Notes under the pieces: model-generated | Databases searched by the model: none | Told to the model about the DNA's origin: nothing | The model's input: only the letters and a program-made list of their open reading frames with translations | NCBI RefSeq assembly: GCF_016432865.1 | Contig: NC_067398.1 | Location: forward strand, 621,054,001-621,118,000 | Source: Antechinus flavipes | Lineage: Eukaryota | Direction: 5' to 3' | DNA length: 64,000 nt | Part shown: piece by piece, positions 40,701 to 51,890 of the stretch | Layout of the letters: every line of letters starts with the position of its first letter | Position numbering within the stretch: the first letter of the stretch is position 1 | Program-made: the position numbers and the translations under genes

Positions 40701-40817
40701 AGAAACTAGGTTATAAGGTATTAAAGAAAGAGTAAAAGCAGAGAAATTTGAGGCACCTATTATAAATGGCCTCTTCAAGGAGTTTGGTCACAAAAGGCAG
40801 AAGAGAAATAAATTGAT

Positions 40818-41515
40818 GTGCATACCCTTTGATCCAGCAGTGTTTCTACTGGGCTTATATCCCAAAGAGATACTAAAGAAGGGAAAGGGCCCTGTATGTG
40901 CCAAAATGTTTGTGGCAGCCCTGTTTGTAGTGGCTAGAAGCTGGAAAATGAATGGATGCCCATAAATTGGAGAATGGTTGAGTAAATTGTGGTATATGAA
41001 TGTTATGGAATATTATTGTTCTATAAGAAATGACCAGTTGGATGAATACAGAGGGGCTTGTAGAGACTTACATGAACTGATGCTGAGTGAAATGAGCAGA
41101 ACCAGGAGATCATTATATACTTCAACAACGATACTGTATGAGGATGTATTCTGATGGAAGTGGATTTCTTCAACAAAGAGATCTAACTCAGTTTCAATTG
41201 ATCAAGGATGGACAGAAGCAGCTACACCCAAAGAAAGAACACTGGGAAATGAATGTAAACTATTTGCATTTTTGTTTTTCTTCCCAGGTTATTTATATCT
41301 TCTGAATCCAATTCTCCTTGTGCAACAAGAGAACTGTTCAGTTCTGCACACATATATTGTATCTAGGATATACTGTAATGTATTTAACGTATAGGACTCT
41401 TGTCTTCTGGGGGAGGGAGTGGAGGGAAGGAGGGGAAAAATTGGAACAGAAGTGAGTGCAAGGGATAATGTTGTAAAAAAATTATCCTGGCATGGGTTCT
41501 GTCAATAAAAAGTTA

Positions 41516-41520
<5 letters not shown>
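40818..41520 (+). mobile_element. young 5'-truncated L1 (dasyurid-type 3' end)
   Basis: tgcataccctttgatccagcagtgtttctactgggcttatatcccaaagagatactaaagaagggaaagg...gggttctgtcaataaaaagttatt, little visible decay. Confidence 0.92.
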
Positions 41521-41567
<47 letters not shown>

Positions 41568-41568
41568 A
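41520..41568. repeat. (GA)n microsatellite at the L1 tail
   Basis: agagagagagag... Confidence 0.95.
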
Positions 41569-44199
41569 ATATGTTGATAGTGAATGGGGCTGAAAAGATC
41601 AAATCAGAGTTTTTTGAGGATATGGGGGACACAGGCAAATTTGTAGGCAGTATGGAAGGAGTTTGATGACAGAGATTAAAAAATAAATTAAATAAATAAA
41701 AATAAGAGAATGATGGAGAGGGCAATTTTTTGGAAAATACTGGATGGAATCAGTTTTGGGGTAGCACTTGGTAAAGAAAAAGGCCATTGTTTGAGATGTG
41801 GTGAAGGAGGAGATAATGGGAGAAAAGTATTTAAGTGAAATGAGATGAGAAAAGGAGATAAGAGGGAGATAAGTAATTTTTCTGTAAATTATGAGGCAAA
41901 ATTCTCAATTGAAAGGGTAAAGGAAGGGGAACCATGGAAAAATTGAGAAGAAATTAAAAGATTTGGAAGGGCTTCACTGAAGCTACTGAGTTGATAAGTG
42001 AGGATTTAAAAAATTGACTGACTACCAACAATGAAAGACCCATTAAATTTGTAGTAGATCTCAGTCAGAATGATTGCATGATTTTCTCCGCATACATTCA
42101 ACAATAAATTTGGAGGCACAAGGCAACAAATGTTAGGAATCATCAACACTAACACTTAATAAAATAGACAATATGATAAGGAAAAAGTATAGCACTGAAC
42201 TGTTTCATAAATGGATTAGGATGGTGAAAGGGAGAGTGGCTAGTAGAGGAATGATGGTCTAGGAGTGAACTAAGGATCAAAGAATTGAAAGTCACACTGA
42301 GGATGAAGAATGGGTTTTGATTAAGGAAGACAAAAAGAGTAAAAGACAATATATTTTGATCAAATAAGGGATTTATAATTCTTAAACATGGAGGCAGAAT
42401 ATTTGTGGGTTTTGGCAAGAATGCAGATATCTTTGTGTGTGATTAAGGTGGGGTAGAAGAATAGATTATGGGAAATGAATAAATTGAGGACCTGAGTGTA
42501 TAGGGCATTTGAAGGAGAGTCAACATATATTTTGGAGTATGATGGCAGGAGTTAAATTCTTGAAGAAGAGAATATACTAGAGTTCTTCAGATAACGGCTA
42601 CCCAGATTTGGATTGCATGGAAAATGTCAATTGTAACTCAAAGGCGAAGAGGTTACTATATGATGAAAGTAGAAGAAGAACGTGGAAATAGCCATGGAAA
42701 GCAATTAGTATTCAAACTCCCCTGTAAGTGAGCTAAGGGGAACTTCAAGTGAGTGAAGGTGCAGCCAGAACTAGAAAAAATGGTCAAAATTACTACATCA
42801 TCAGAGGGGACCCAGATTTTAGTCTTCTCTAGAAGACAGAAGGAATGTGGAAGAAGAAAAGATTTAAGATGAACAGAAGTTTGATGCCTTGTTGAATAGG
42901 CATCCCAAAGGGAACTGATGAGTGAAATTTGGGAGGATTGAGAGGGAGGAGAATAAGGAATCAAGTGGTGATGAAGGGAAATGGAATTTGGATGAGGACC
43001 TAAATTAGTTCATAATCACTGGGATGTATAGAATATGATCAGCTGAACATGAGAATTTCATCATAGAGTAGAAAGTACCCCTATTCTTCCCAAAGGACTT
43101 TAGAGAGCATGCAGAAAACAAGCACAGAACAAGACAGAAGATATATAATCATATGATCAAATGGGAGGTCCCATTTCACTTCTGTTCACTCCTAAAGCTA
43201 AAGATTAGTCAGGAGGCAGCATCAAGAAACTGATGTCCCACTTTCTCCCAACTTTTCTCTTTCTCTTGCCTCTGAAGACAGCCTTAGAAAAAATTGGAAA
43301 GACTGAGGAAAAGAGAAGGTTATTCCTCTTTCCACTGGAAGTTGTCCTTACAGGTGGAGGATCAGGAAAGCAATTTTTTTGTGGTGGCAGATGGAAATTG
43401 TACCACTGGCCCCTAGAGGCTTTCCCTTAAGGGATACCTGAATCAGGAAAGAGAAGGTGTTGTCAATGTAAGGTCTGTCTCTTTTCATTACTAGGCTGGA
43501 AATCAGGCTAGCAGGAGGAGGAGGAAATCTCAGGAGTCAGAAGAAGTTGCTTTGGGGCAGGTAAAAGTCAGGCCACATTTCCTCTTCACCATTTTCCCTC
43601 AGAGACCAGGGAGTCAGAAGGTCTTTCCAGGTGACTTAGCCAAAATTACATGAAGGGAAAAGGAAGAGGTCTCAAACCCTGGTTCTGCAACCCATACTCT
43701 TTTTATTATTTCTTAGATCATCTATCTCTAATTTCCTTACATCTTCAACATTTAATGACTTTACAAATTTTTCCCCTAAACACATATATCTCACTAATTG
43801 ACTGAACAAATGAACCCATTGAAGTATCTTTTTGCTAACTGCTTTGCCTTCCCCCCAAGATCATTCCCACTGGAAGTCCTAAGCACAGAAAGCACTTCCC
43901 TCTCAATTAGAAAGGATCATTTTTACAATGTAATTTATGGATATTGATACTTTGGCTTCTCCATAAGTTAAGCAATTATCTCTTGGACAGAACAGATAAC
44001 TGTCAAATAAGAAAGAATTCTTCCCATCCCCAAGGGAAAGACATATATATCACTTGTACATCGGTACAATGGAAGAAACAGATGGTAACTTAGTTTATAA
44101 GACCAAAACTTTAGGGTTTTCTCCTCAGTGAGGAAAAAAAGCAGAATGCTAGATTAAAATGGACCTCAATTGCCATTGAATTCAACTTATGCTTGAAGG

Positions 44200-44950
44200 A
44201 AATAGGGAAATTAGGAAAATAAATATATTTAGGGAGAAAATGGAGTTCTGTTTTATATATGCTGTGTTTGAGGTGCTTGTGGAATATTTCATAGAGATGT
44301 TCTCCTAAAGGTGGTCAAGTGGTATAAAAGGAACTTAATGTAGAGATTTTAGAGGTATCTATATACTTATGTTAGTAGAATCTATGTAAGTTAAGAAGAT
44401 TAAAGAGAGACAGGGAAAGAGAAAGGTCCCAATGCCTATACATAGTAATGGATTATAGATGCAGAGGTGCACAGTTCCTTGCACAAGAAACTGAGAAAAA
44501 TCAGTTAAGTAGAAAAACAATGATGGAGTGTTCTCCAAAAGAAATGGTGGTTGTCAGTGTTAAATGCTGAAAGAAAGGTCAATGAGGATAGGGACTGAGA
44601 AAAGATTACTGGATTTAGCATTAGAACATTAATTACCTTGGAGAGAGAAGATCCAGACAGGTAACAAAGACAAAAGTCATACTTTAAGGGACTGAAAAGT
44701 GAGTAGAACTTAGTGGAGGGAGAGATGTAAACAGTTAATGTAGACAACTATTTCTAGTACCATGTCTATGAAACATAGGAGAGTCAAAGGGAGAAAAGAT
44801 TGAGGAGATGGTAGAATGGAGTAAATGAGAATGGGATTTTTGTTATTGCCATTGCTGCTGCTGATGGTGGTGGTGGTGGTGGCTGTTGATGATGAAGAAT
44901 AGAGATATGAGCATGTTTGAACACAACATAGAAGAACTCTATGGATAGGC
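44200..44950 (-). mobile_element. L2 RT-region fragment
   Basis: Reverse of gtggttgtcagtgttaaatgctgaaagaaaggtcaa encodes a degenerate LDLSAAFDTVDH motif. Confidence 0.75.
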
Positions 44951-44961
44951 AAAGGTCTAAG

Positions 44962-45163
44962 CAGTGGTTCTCAAAGTATGGTCTAGAGAATCCTGGAGAT
45001 CTCTGAAACCCTTTTAGAAAGTCTACAAATTCAAAAATCGCTTTTATTTCCAATATGGTAAATGTTTATAAATATAATACAGATAAACAAAAACGCTTTG
45101 GAGAGATCCTCAATAATTTTTAATAGGATAAAGATACTGAAAACAGAAGTTTGGGAACTACTG
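44962..45163. mobile_element. hAT-Charlie non-autonomous DNA transposon (MITE)
   Basis: TIRs cagtggttctcaaa / tttgggaactactg; flanks ggtctaag / gtctaaag fit the NTCTAGAN-type hAT target. Confidence 0.85.
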
Positions 45164-46019
45164 GTCTAAAGGATAAAATCCTAGCTGAGATACAATTAAG
45201 AGCATAAGTAAAGTTCTTGATATTAGTAAGACTGGTCAGTCACCTTCATCCTCTAAAGGCATTAATAAAAGAAGAAATAATAAGGATGATGATGTAGTTA
45301 TTTGAAATATGGAATTATGGAGAAGTAAGAGTTCCTGCCCTCATGTTATATAGACTCATATTTTAAAATGAATTATGAGATGAGATTCTCTGCTGATATG
45401 GAAGAAAAGAGTAATATGGATTGCTTGAAGAAAGAAATGAAAAGTTTGCAACAGTCACCATGAGAAGTGTCCTTTGTATGAATTAACCAAGTTCCTCTTG
45501 TGGTTAAATATGATTTCTAATGAATTTCATCCTTTTCTGATAAAGTTAAGGAACACTGTCAAGACAAAAAATGGATGGTACACAAAGGACTTTGTACAGC
45601 AAGCCCCCTTCCCCCTACTGTTCTTTGGAAATGAGAGTAATCAAATACCAATCCACTTAGAAGTACATGAATAAGCAAACCAACAAATCTCAATATATTT
45701 CAATCTTAATGAAATTAGACCTATCCAAGCAATGTCCAGGGGAGTCAATATCAATAAAAGTCCCTGGGTAGCATTTTGCAAACAATACTGTCCTTGACTA
45801 GAATTGCAATCTCTTCAAAGTCTACTTTGAGCACTTGCTCCCATCAAAGGCTCTTTCTATTTATTGAATGTTTATTGAGAGCCCCACTATGTATCATTCA
45901 TTATAATAAGCACTGGGAATATCAGTGCAAAGAATGAAACAATCCTTGTTCTCAATGAGTTTAGATCCTAATTTAGAATACCAGAAAAAATAGTACAAAC
46001 AGAATAAATTGTAAAATAA

Positions 46020-46370
46020 TAAGTTAAAGAGGAAAGTGTCATAATCAGAAAAGAAAAAAAAATCATGGAAGTTACATTGGACAATTTTAAATACATAACA
46101 TTCAAAAGCTTTTTGCCATAAACAAATCCATATAATTAGAAGAGGAAAAAAGTTTCAACAAGCTTTTCTGATAAAGGTCTGTTATCCAAGATAGATATAT
46201 GGAACTGTTTCAAATACATAATAGTAATAGGTATTCCATCCATAATAGATAAATGATCAAAGGATAAATAGAAAATTTTCAAAAAAACAAAACCAAATGA
46301 CTAAAATAGGGGAGGGGAATCCAAATCATTAAAAATTATAGCAATGCAAATTAAAACAATTCTTTTATAT
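46020..46370 (+). mobile_element. L1 ORF2 C-terminal fragment
   Basis: caaaagctttttgccataaacaaa...ttttctgataaaggtctg...gcaatgcaaattaaaacaattc. Confidence 0.65.
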
Positions 46371-46374
46371 TTCT

Positions 46375-47797
46375 CAAATTTATCATTTGTTTATTTTAGT
46401 ATTTTTTTTTCTTTTTAAATCTTGAGTTCCAAATCTCTCTCTTCTCCCAGTCTCCCATATCCATTGAGAAAGCAAACAATACATCAATTATATATGTGAA
46501 ATAGTGCAAAACATATTTTCATATTAGCCACATTTTTGAAACAAGAAAACTAAGTGAGAAACTTAATCTTTAATTTGTATTCCAAATTCACCAATTTTCT
46601 CTCAGGAGATCCATGGCATTTCTTCCCCATTAGCCCTTTTTTATTATCTTGAATCATTTTGTTGCCAGATCTTTCACAGTTGCTTATTACTACAATGTTA
46701 TTGTTATTGTGCATAAAGATCTCCCAGTTCTTACTTCATTTTGCCTCAGTTCATATAAGACTTCCCAGATTTATTCTGAAACCATCCTGCTCATAGTTTT
46801 TATGGCACAATTGTAATACTTTGCAATCATAAACCACATTTTGTTTGGCCATTCCCCAGCTGATGAATGGATCCCCTCAATTTCTATTCTTCACCACCAC
46901 AAAAAGAGCTGCTATAAATGTTTTTCCATATAGATTCTTTTTTTTTCATCGCTTTGGAATACAAAACTAGTAGTGGTATTATTGGATTAAAAGGGTGTGC
47001 ACAGTTTTATAGCCTTTTGGGCATAGTTCCAAATTATTTTCTAGGATAATTAAACCAGTTCACAAATTTACCAACAGTACATTAGTACCTATTTTATTCT
47101 CATCTCCTCCAATCATTTATAATTTCTGGTAGGTATGAAATGATATCTCAGAGTTGTTTTAATTTATATTTCTCTAATCAATAATAATTTGGAACTTTTT
47201 TTCCTATGAAATTATAGGTACTTTGATTTCTTCTTCTGAAAACTACCTGTACATATCCTTTGACCATCAATCAATTGGGGAATGGCTCTTAATTTTACAA
47301 ATTTAATTCAGTTCTATACTCATATATATTTGAGAAATTAGATCTTTATCAGAGAAACTTACTGTAATTTTTTATGCTACTTCATTATATATAGTACCTT
47401 TCAGCAAAATTTAATTTCCATAATTGTGTCTTTTAATTAGGTTTTTTCCCCTTTTTCTTTTTCTGAGATTATGATTGCTACCCCTGTCTTTTTTTTTACT
47501 TAAACTGAAGCATACTAGATTCTACTCCAGCCTTTTATTTTAGCTCTGTGTGTTTCTTTCTGTTTCAAGTGCATCTTTTATAAATAATATATTGTTGGAT
47601 ACTGGTTTTTAATCCATTCTACTATTCTTTTTGTGTTTTATTGGTGAGCTCATCCCATTCACAGTTATAAGTACTAAGTAAGCATTTACCTCCCTCCCAT
47701 TATCTTCTATTTCTTCCTCTCTCTCTCTTTTTATTCTGTTTCTCCTCAAAATTATATTTTGCTTCTGTCCTGCTTAATCTGATCTTTCATTAATCAT

Positions 47798-47839
<42 letters not shown>

Positions 47840-48480
47840 CCTTTCCCTAATGTTCTTCCTCTTCTAGTTTTCTTTTGGGTATTATATTTCTATACACAAT
47901 TGTATATCTATGCATTATGTATGCATGTTTGTACATACATACATATATAGACTGTGTTTGTATGTGTATAAATATAGATATAGATCTATTACAGATTCTT
48001 TATTCTTTTAACCACTTCTCATGAAGATGAGTTTCAAGCACTGCCTGTCTCCAACATCCCCATTTCTTCCTCCATTAAAAAAGCTCTTCCCTGCATGCCT
48101 CTTTTATGTAAGAAAAATTTCCCCATTCCATCTTTCTATTCCCCCTTCTTCCAGTACATCCTTATTCTCTTCCTTTCATTTTTTAGTGGAATTCCAACAT
48201 AATCAAATCACCCCCATGTCTTCTGTCAGTGAAGACTCCTTTTAACTGTGCCCTAGTAATCGTAAAATTCTTAGGAGTTACAGGTATCATCTTTCTACAC
48301 AGGAATGTAAACAGTTTAACTTTAACGAGTCCCTTCTGATTATTCTTTCATGTTTACTTTTTTATGCTTCTTTTGACTTCTCTTTTGGATTGGCAAATTT
48401 TCTACTCAGGTCTAATCTTTTCATCATGAATGCTTAAAAGTCCACAATTTTATTAAATGCCATTGTTCCCCTGAAGAAGA
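46375..48480 (-). mobile_element. old L1, internally deleted (ORF1 end, EN start, ORF2 C-terminus, 3' UTR)
   Basis: Minus strand: ORF1 end at ~48480-48330, EN GVAII-like sequence at ~47480, jump to tttctctgataaag (SFSDKG-like) at ~47355, then 3' UTR. Confidence 0.7.
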
Positions 48481-49569
48481 GATGAGTATCCCTGAAGCAT
48501 TTTCAGAAGAGAAATATCTTTAATGCATTTCTTAATGAAAAGAAGAAAACTAAAGAAAGTTTAGAAGAAACATGTTCGGGAAGTATAGCTTTGAAAGTAA
48601 CATTGAATTTGTTTACTCTTAAAACAAGCTATAAATAATAGAATGATTCATGTAAACATGTAATCATTTTCTGTTCTAGCTGGAATGTTCTCTTTTTTTT
48701 TGCCTTTTTTAAATTCAGAAAAAGAAAAAAAAATCAAAAAAAGAATAAATTTAAAGTAATGGACAAGTAAAAGGCATTGGGTGTAAGAGGTTTTTTATAC
48801 ATAGAAGTAGCAAAATTTAGCATCTGGTACAATATGTGGGATAAAGGATAGTGAGTCTCAAGCATGAATGACTGAAAGAATGGTGTTGTTCAGTAATCTG
48901 ACTTTCACAAACATTTTTCCCTCCTTTTTTCTGTGTTATCAATTTCCTCATCTCTCTTTCCTTTCTTAAGTTCACAGTATTTACAGATTTCTTTTGTTTC
49001 CCCACTCTTTGATTTCATTCTTCCTACCTAAAATGTCCTTACTCATCAAAATTCTAGTTATACATCATGTTCCGATATCTTCCTTGAAGCTTGTAGTGAC
49101 CAGGACTTCCCACATCGCCCTTAACCTGTCTTGAACTCCTAATGTATACATTACCATTCATTTGACCCTTAATTAGCTTTGCATATGTCTTTGCATTATT
49201 AATAATAACAAATTACACTTTTATTGCTTTGTGGTTAGAAATTACTTTTCTCATAGCAACAATACAATATAGCTTGTACAAACATCATTGGGCCCATTTG
49301 GAATATGCTGAAACTGACTAAGAGACGTTGTGTTTTGCCCATTATCATAAACCTAGTTATGCCAAAACTTGAAATCAGGTCCTGACTCTAAATGCAATGA
49401 CTTTTCCATTATGATACCCATTCTCCTACCCTACCATGAACTGTATTCTTAATTACCTTTAGTATTTTCCAAAAAAAAAAAAAGTTCAAGGAAGTGTTTT
49501 CTTTAAATTATAGCATAGCAAGCTTAACTCAAATTCCTGAAAAATTCTAAAATGCATTACTAAAGGAAT

Positions 49570-49790
49570 AGTTTTTGAGCACTTAGAATGAGAAGTGAAC
49601 ATAAAAGTCAGCACAGATTTATCACGAGCCAATCTTGCAAGATCAAGCTTGTTTGCTTCTTTGATAGAATCACTTGACAGAGAGATCACAAGATGCTGTA
49701 GATGTGAGATTTCCGCAAGACTTTGACAAAGTTTTTCATATTTCCTTATTAACAAGATGCACAAATATGATCTTGATGAGGGGAATATGG
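49570..49790 (+). mobile_element. L3/CR1 RT fragment
   Basis: agtcagcacagatttatc...tcttgcaagatcaagc...gatgctgtagatgtg...gactttgacaaagt, i.e. SQHGF...SCQTNL...AVD...KAFDKV-like. Confidence 0.65.
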
Positions 49791-49869
49791 ACTGATATTT
49801 AAGGTCTCAGGGCTTCAATAGAACATCAGTAGCATCAGGCTATAGAAACTGAGTGGATTGGCAATCTAA

Positions 49870-50042
49870 CAAGGGTTCTTAATTTAGGGACCATGAAATT
49901 TTTGTCAATATTTTGATAACTATATTTCAATATAATTGTATTCTTTTGCATTTTATGTATTTTATAATTTTTGCATTTAATACTATCAGTTCCCAGACTG
50001 TGAAAGAAGTACATGAAATGAAAAAAAGTTAAGAATCCTAGA
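49870..50042. mobile_element. hAT-Charlie MITE (Charlie4-like)
   Basis: gggttcttaatttagggaccatgaa...ttttgataactatatttcaatataatt...aagttaagaatcct, degenerate TIRs. Confidence 0.65.
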
Positions 50043-51009
50043 TTTATAAGATCATAGATTTATAACTTGAAGGAATGGCCGTGTCATCTATTTAAATCCC
50101 TTAATTTTATAGATGATGGAATAGAGATCTAGGAAAATTAAAAGACTTGTTCAAAGTAATAAGAAGCAAGATCTGAACTGAGATCTTCCAACTTCAAAGC
50201 CAGTGCTCTTTTTTTCTGTATCAGCCTCTAACTTGTAGGAAAGACATGGCCTTCAGCAACATATGATAAATCAATCAGAAGATGGGGAAATGTGTTAAAT
50301 CCCAATTTTCCTACAACAGGCAACCATGGGCTTGTCTTCAATACAGCTAGATTACCCACCCTACCCCTTAGTAGTCAGTACAACACTCCCTGGTCTAATT
50401 CTCATCGCTGATCAGCCAGCTACTGAACCAAACCACAACAGATTTAAGCATAAACTTCTTCCCTTCCAAAGTCCCCACAATCTCCTTCATCCCTTAATCT
50501 TACCCTTGAATAGGTGGATTTTAGAGCATGCCAGGACAGTGGCTAGCAGGTAAAACATGCCCATTATTCATTGTTTCAGTAGATAAGAGTGAATGGCACA
50601 GGATGAGCAAACATAAGTGCTCTTTGATCTCTATTACAAATCTCATCATATAATTTTCCCCAAAACCACCTCTATTTTGAATTTCCCGGTTTTCTTTAAT
50701 GACACCATCATTTTTCCAGCATCCCAAGTTCTCAATGTCCTTATCTCCTCTCCAGTTTATCTCTCAGTTTAATGCATTTGTGTGTGGTTTTTTTATATTA
50801 CCAGTGATCGTATAATTACAAAATCTGATGACATTTTCTCAGTTCTTATCTCTCTTAAATCTCTACAGTATTTGACATTTTTGAACATTTTCTTTTCAAA
50901 CATCTTCTTTTCTTAGGTATTCTCTCCTTTCTGGGTATCTAAATATTATATATTCTCATACATACATATATATATGCATACATATATATTATTGAGATCC
51001 TCAAAACTG

Positions 51010-51450
51010 AACACTTGAAAATTTTTGAAACAGAATTTTGAAGCCTATTCAGAAATTGTCCAAATGAAGTATCTGTAATGATTTTTCTGCCCATTTGTTG
51101 AAAATATTCGTTAGGACACTGTTTGATTGTTTGTTTGCAAAAGGAATTGGAAATGAAAATTTTGCTAGCTGAATTTCAATAAAAAAGGCTTAGCATAATT
51201 AGTAGATGAGATTTAAAATTTAGGTCCATGATTTGACAAGCATGGCCTATGTTGAACTATTTTTCCATGTGAGTTTAAAAGTCTTTGTGAGTTATCTTTG
51301 TCAACTATGTCAGTCATTGAAAATGAAATGGTGAAATTAATTGATCTTAGATAACCTTTAAATTCTAGTATCACCAAGTGTTAAATAAAACTTTTCAAAA
51401 AAGCAATAAGGTATACTCAATCCTATTGCTCTTATTAAATAGAAAGATAA
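51010..51450 (+). mobile_element. hAT-Charlie transposase C-terminal remnant
   Basis: ttttccatgtgag...gtctttgtgagttatctttgtcaactatg...gtatcaccaagtgttaaa...ctcaatcctattgctcttattaa resembles LPF.STYLCE.SFS.M...SH* coding DNA. Confidence 0.55.
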
Positions 51451-51529
51451 TTGTTAATATTTTAAGGAGAGCAAAAGGGGCCTGCAATAAAATATATGGT
51501 ATCCCAAAGTTTAAGCCTATTATTATTAT

Positions 51530-51890
51530 TATTTAAGGGAGAATATGATGGCACCTTCAAGTATTTGAAGAGTTGCCATTGGAAAAGGGAATAGAATTTT
51601 TCCCCTTGTTTGGTCCTGGCTGACAGAAATAGGAGCTAAGAGTGAAAATTACAGGGAAGCCACTTTAGCTCAGCCAAGATCAACATCCTTATTATTAGAA
51701 CTAGATGACAGAAGAATGGCCTCCCTTGGGAATTAATGAATCTCCAATGCAGGAGATGTTCCTCCCTCCAAGCAGAAAACGGATGGCTATTTGTTTGGAA
51801 TATTGTAGAAAGGCTTCCTGCTCAAGCCATGGTTGGACTAGATGGCCTCTGAGTTCTCTCTGGACTTTGAAGTTTTAATTCTCACAGTGA
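51530..51890 (+). mobile_element. L3/CR1 3' end
   Basis: cttcaagtatttgaagagttgcca...ggttggactagatggcctctgag CR1 tail. Confidence 0.75.

Larger units (their letters stand above)
40705..43100 (-). mobile_element. long L2 LINE fragment including APE endonuclease remnant
   Basis: Minus-strand translation near 42480-42720 gives GV*ILIAFHGYFH...AFE and IQIWVAVI*R, like L2 GGVGILLA...SFE...VAVIYRPP; interrupted by a young L1. Confidence 0.75.

Noticed and set aside
46020-47360. Tail-to-tail L1 pair as a twin-priming inversion
   Set aside because: The + and - pieces cover overlapping ORF2 C-terminal sequence, so they are separate insertions
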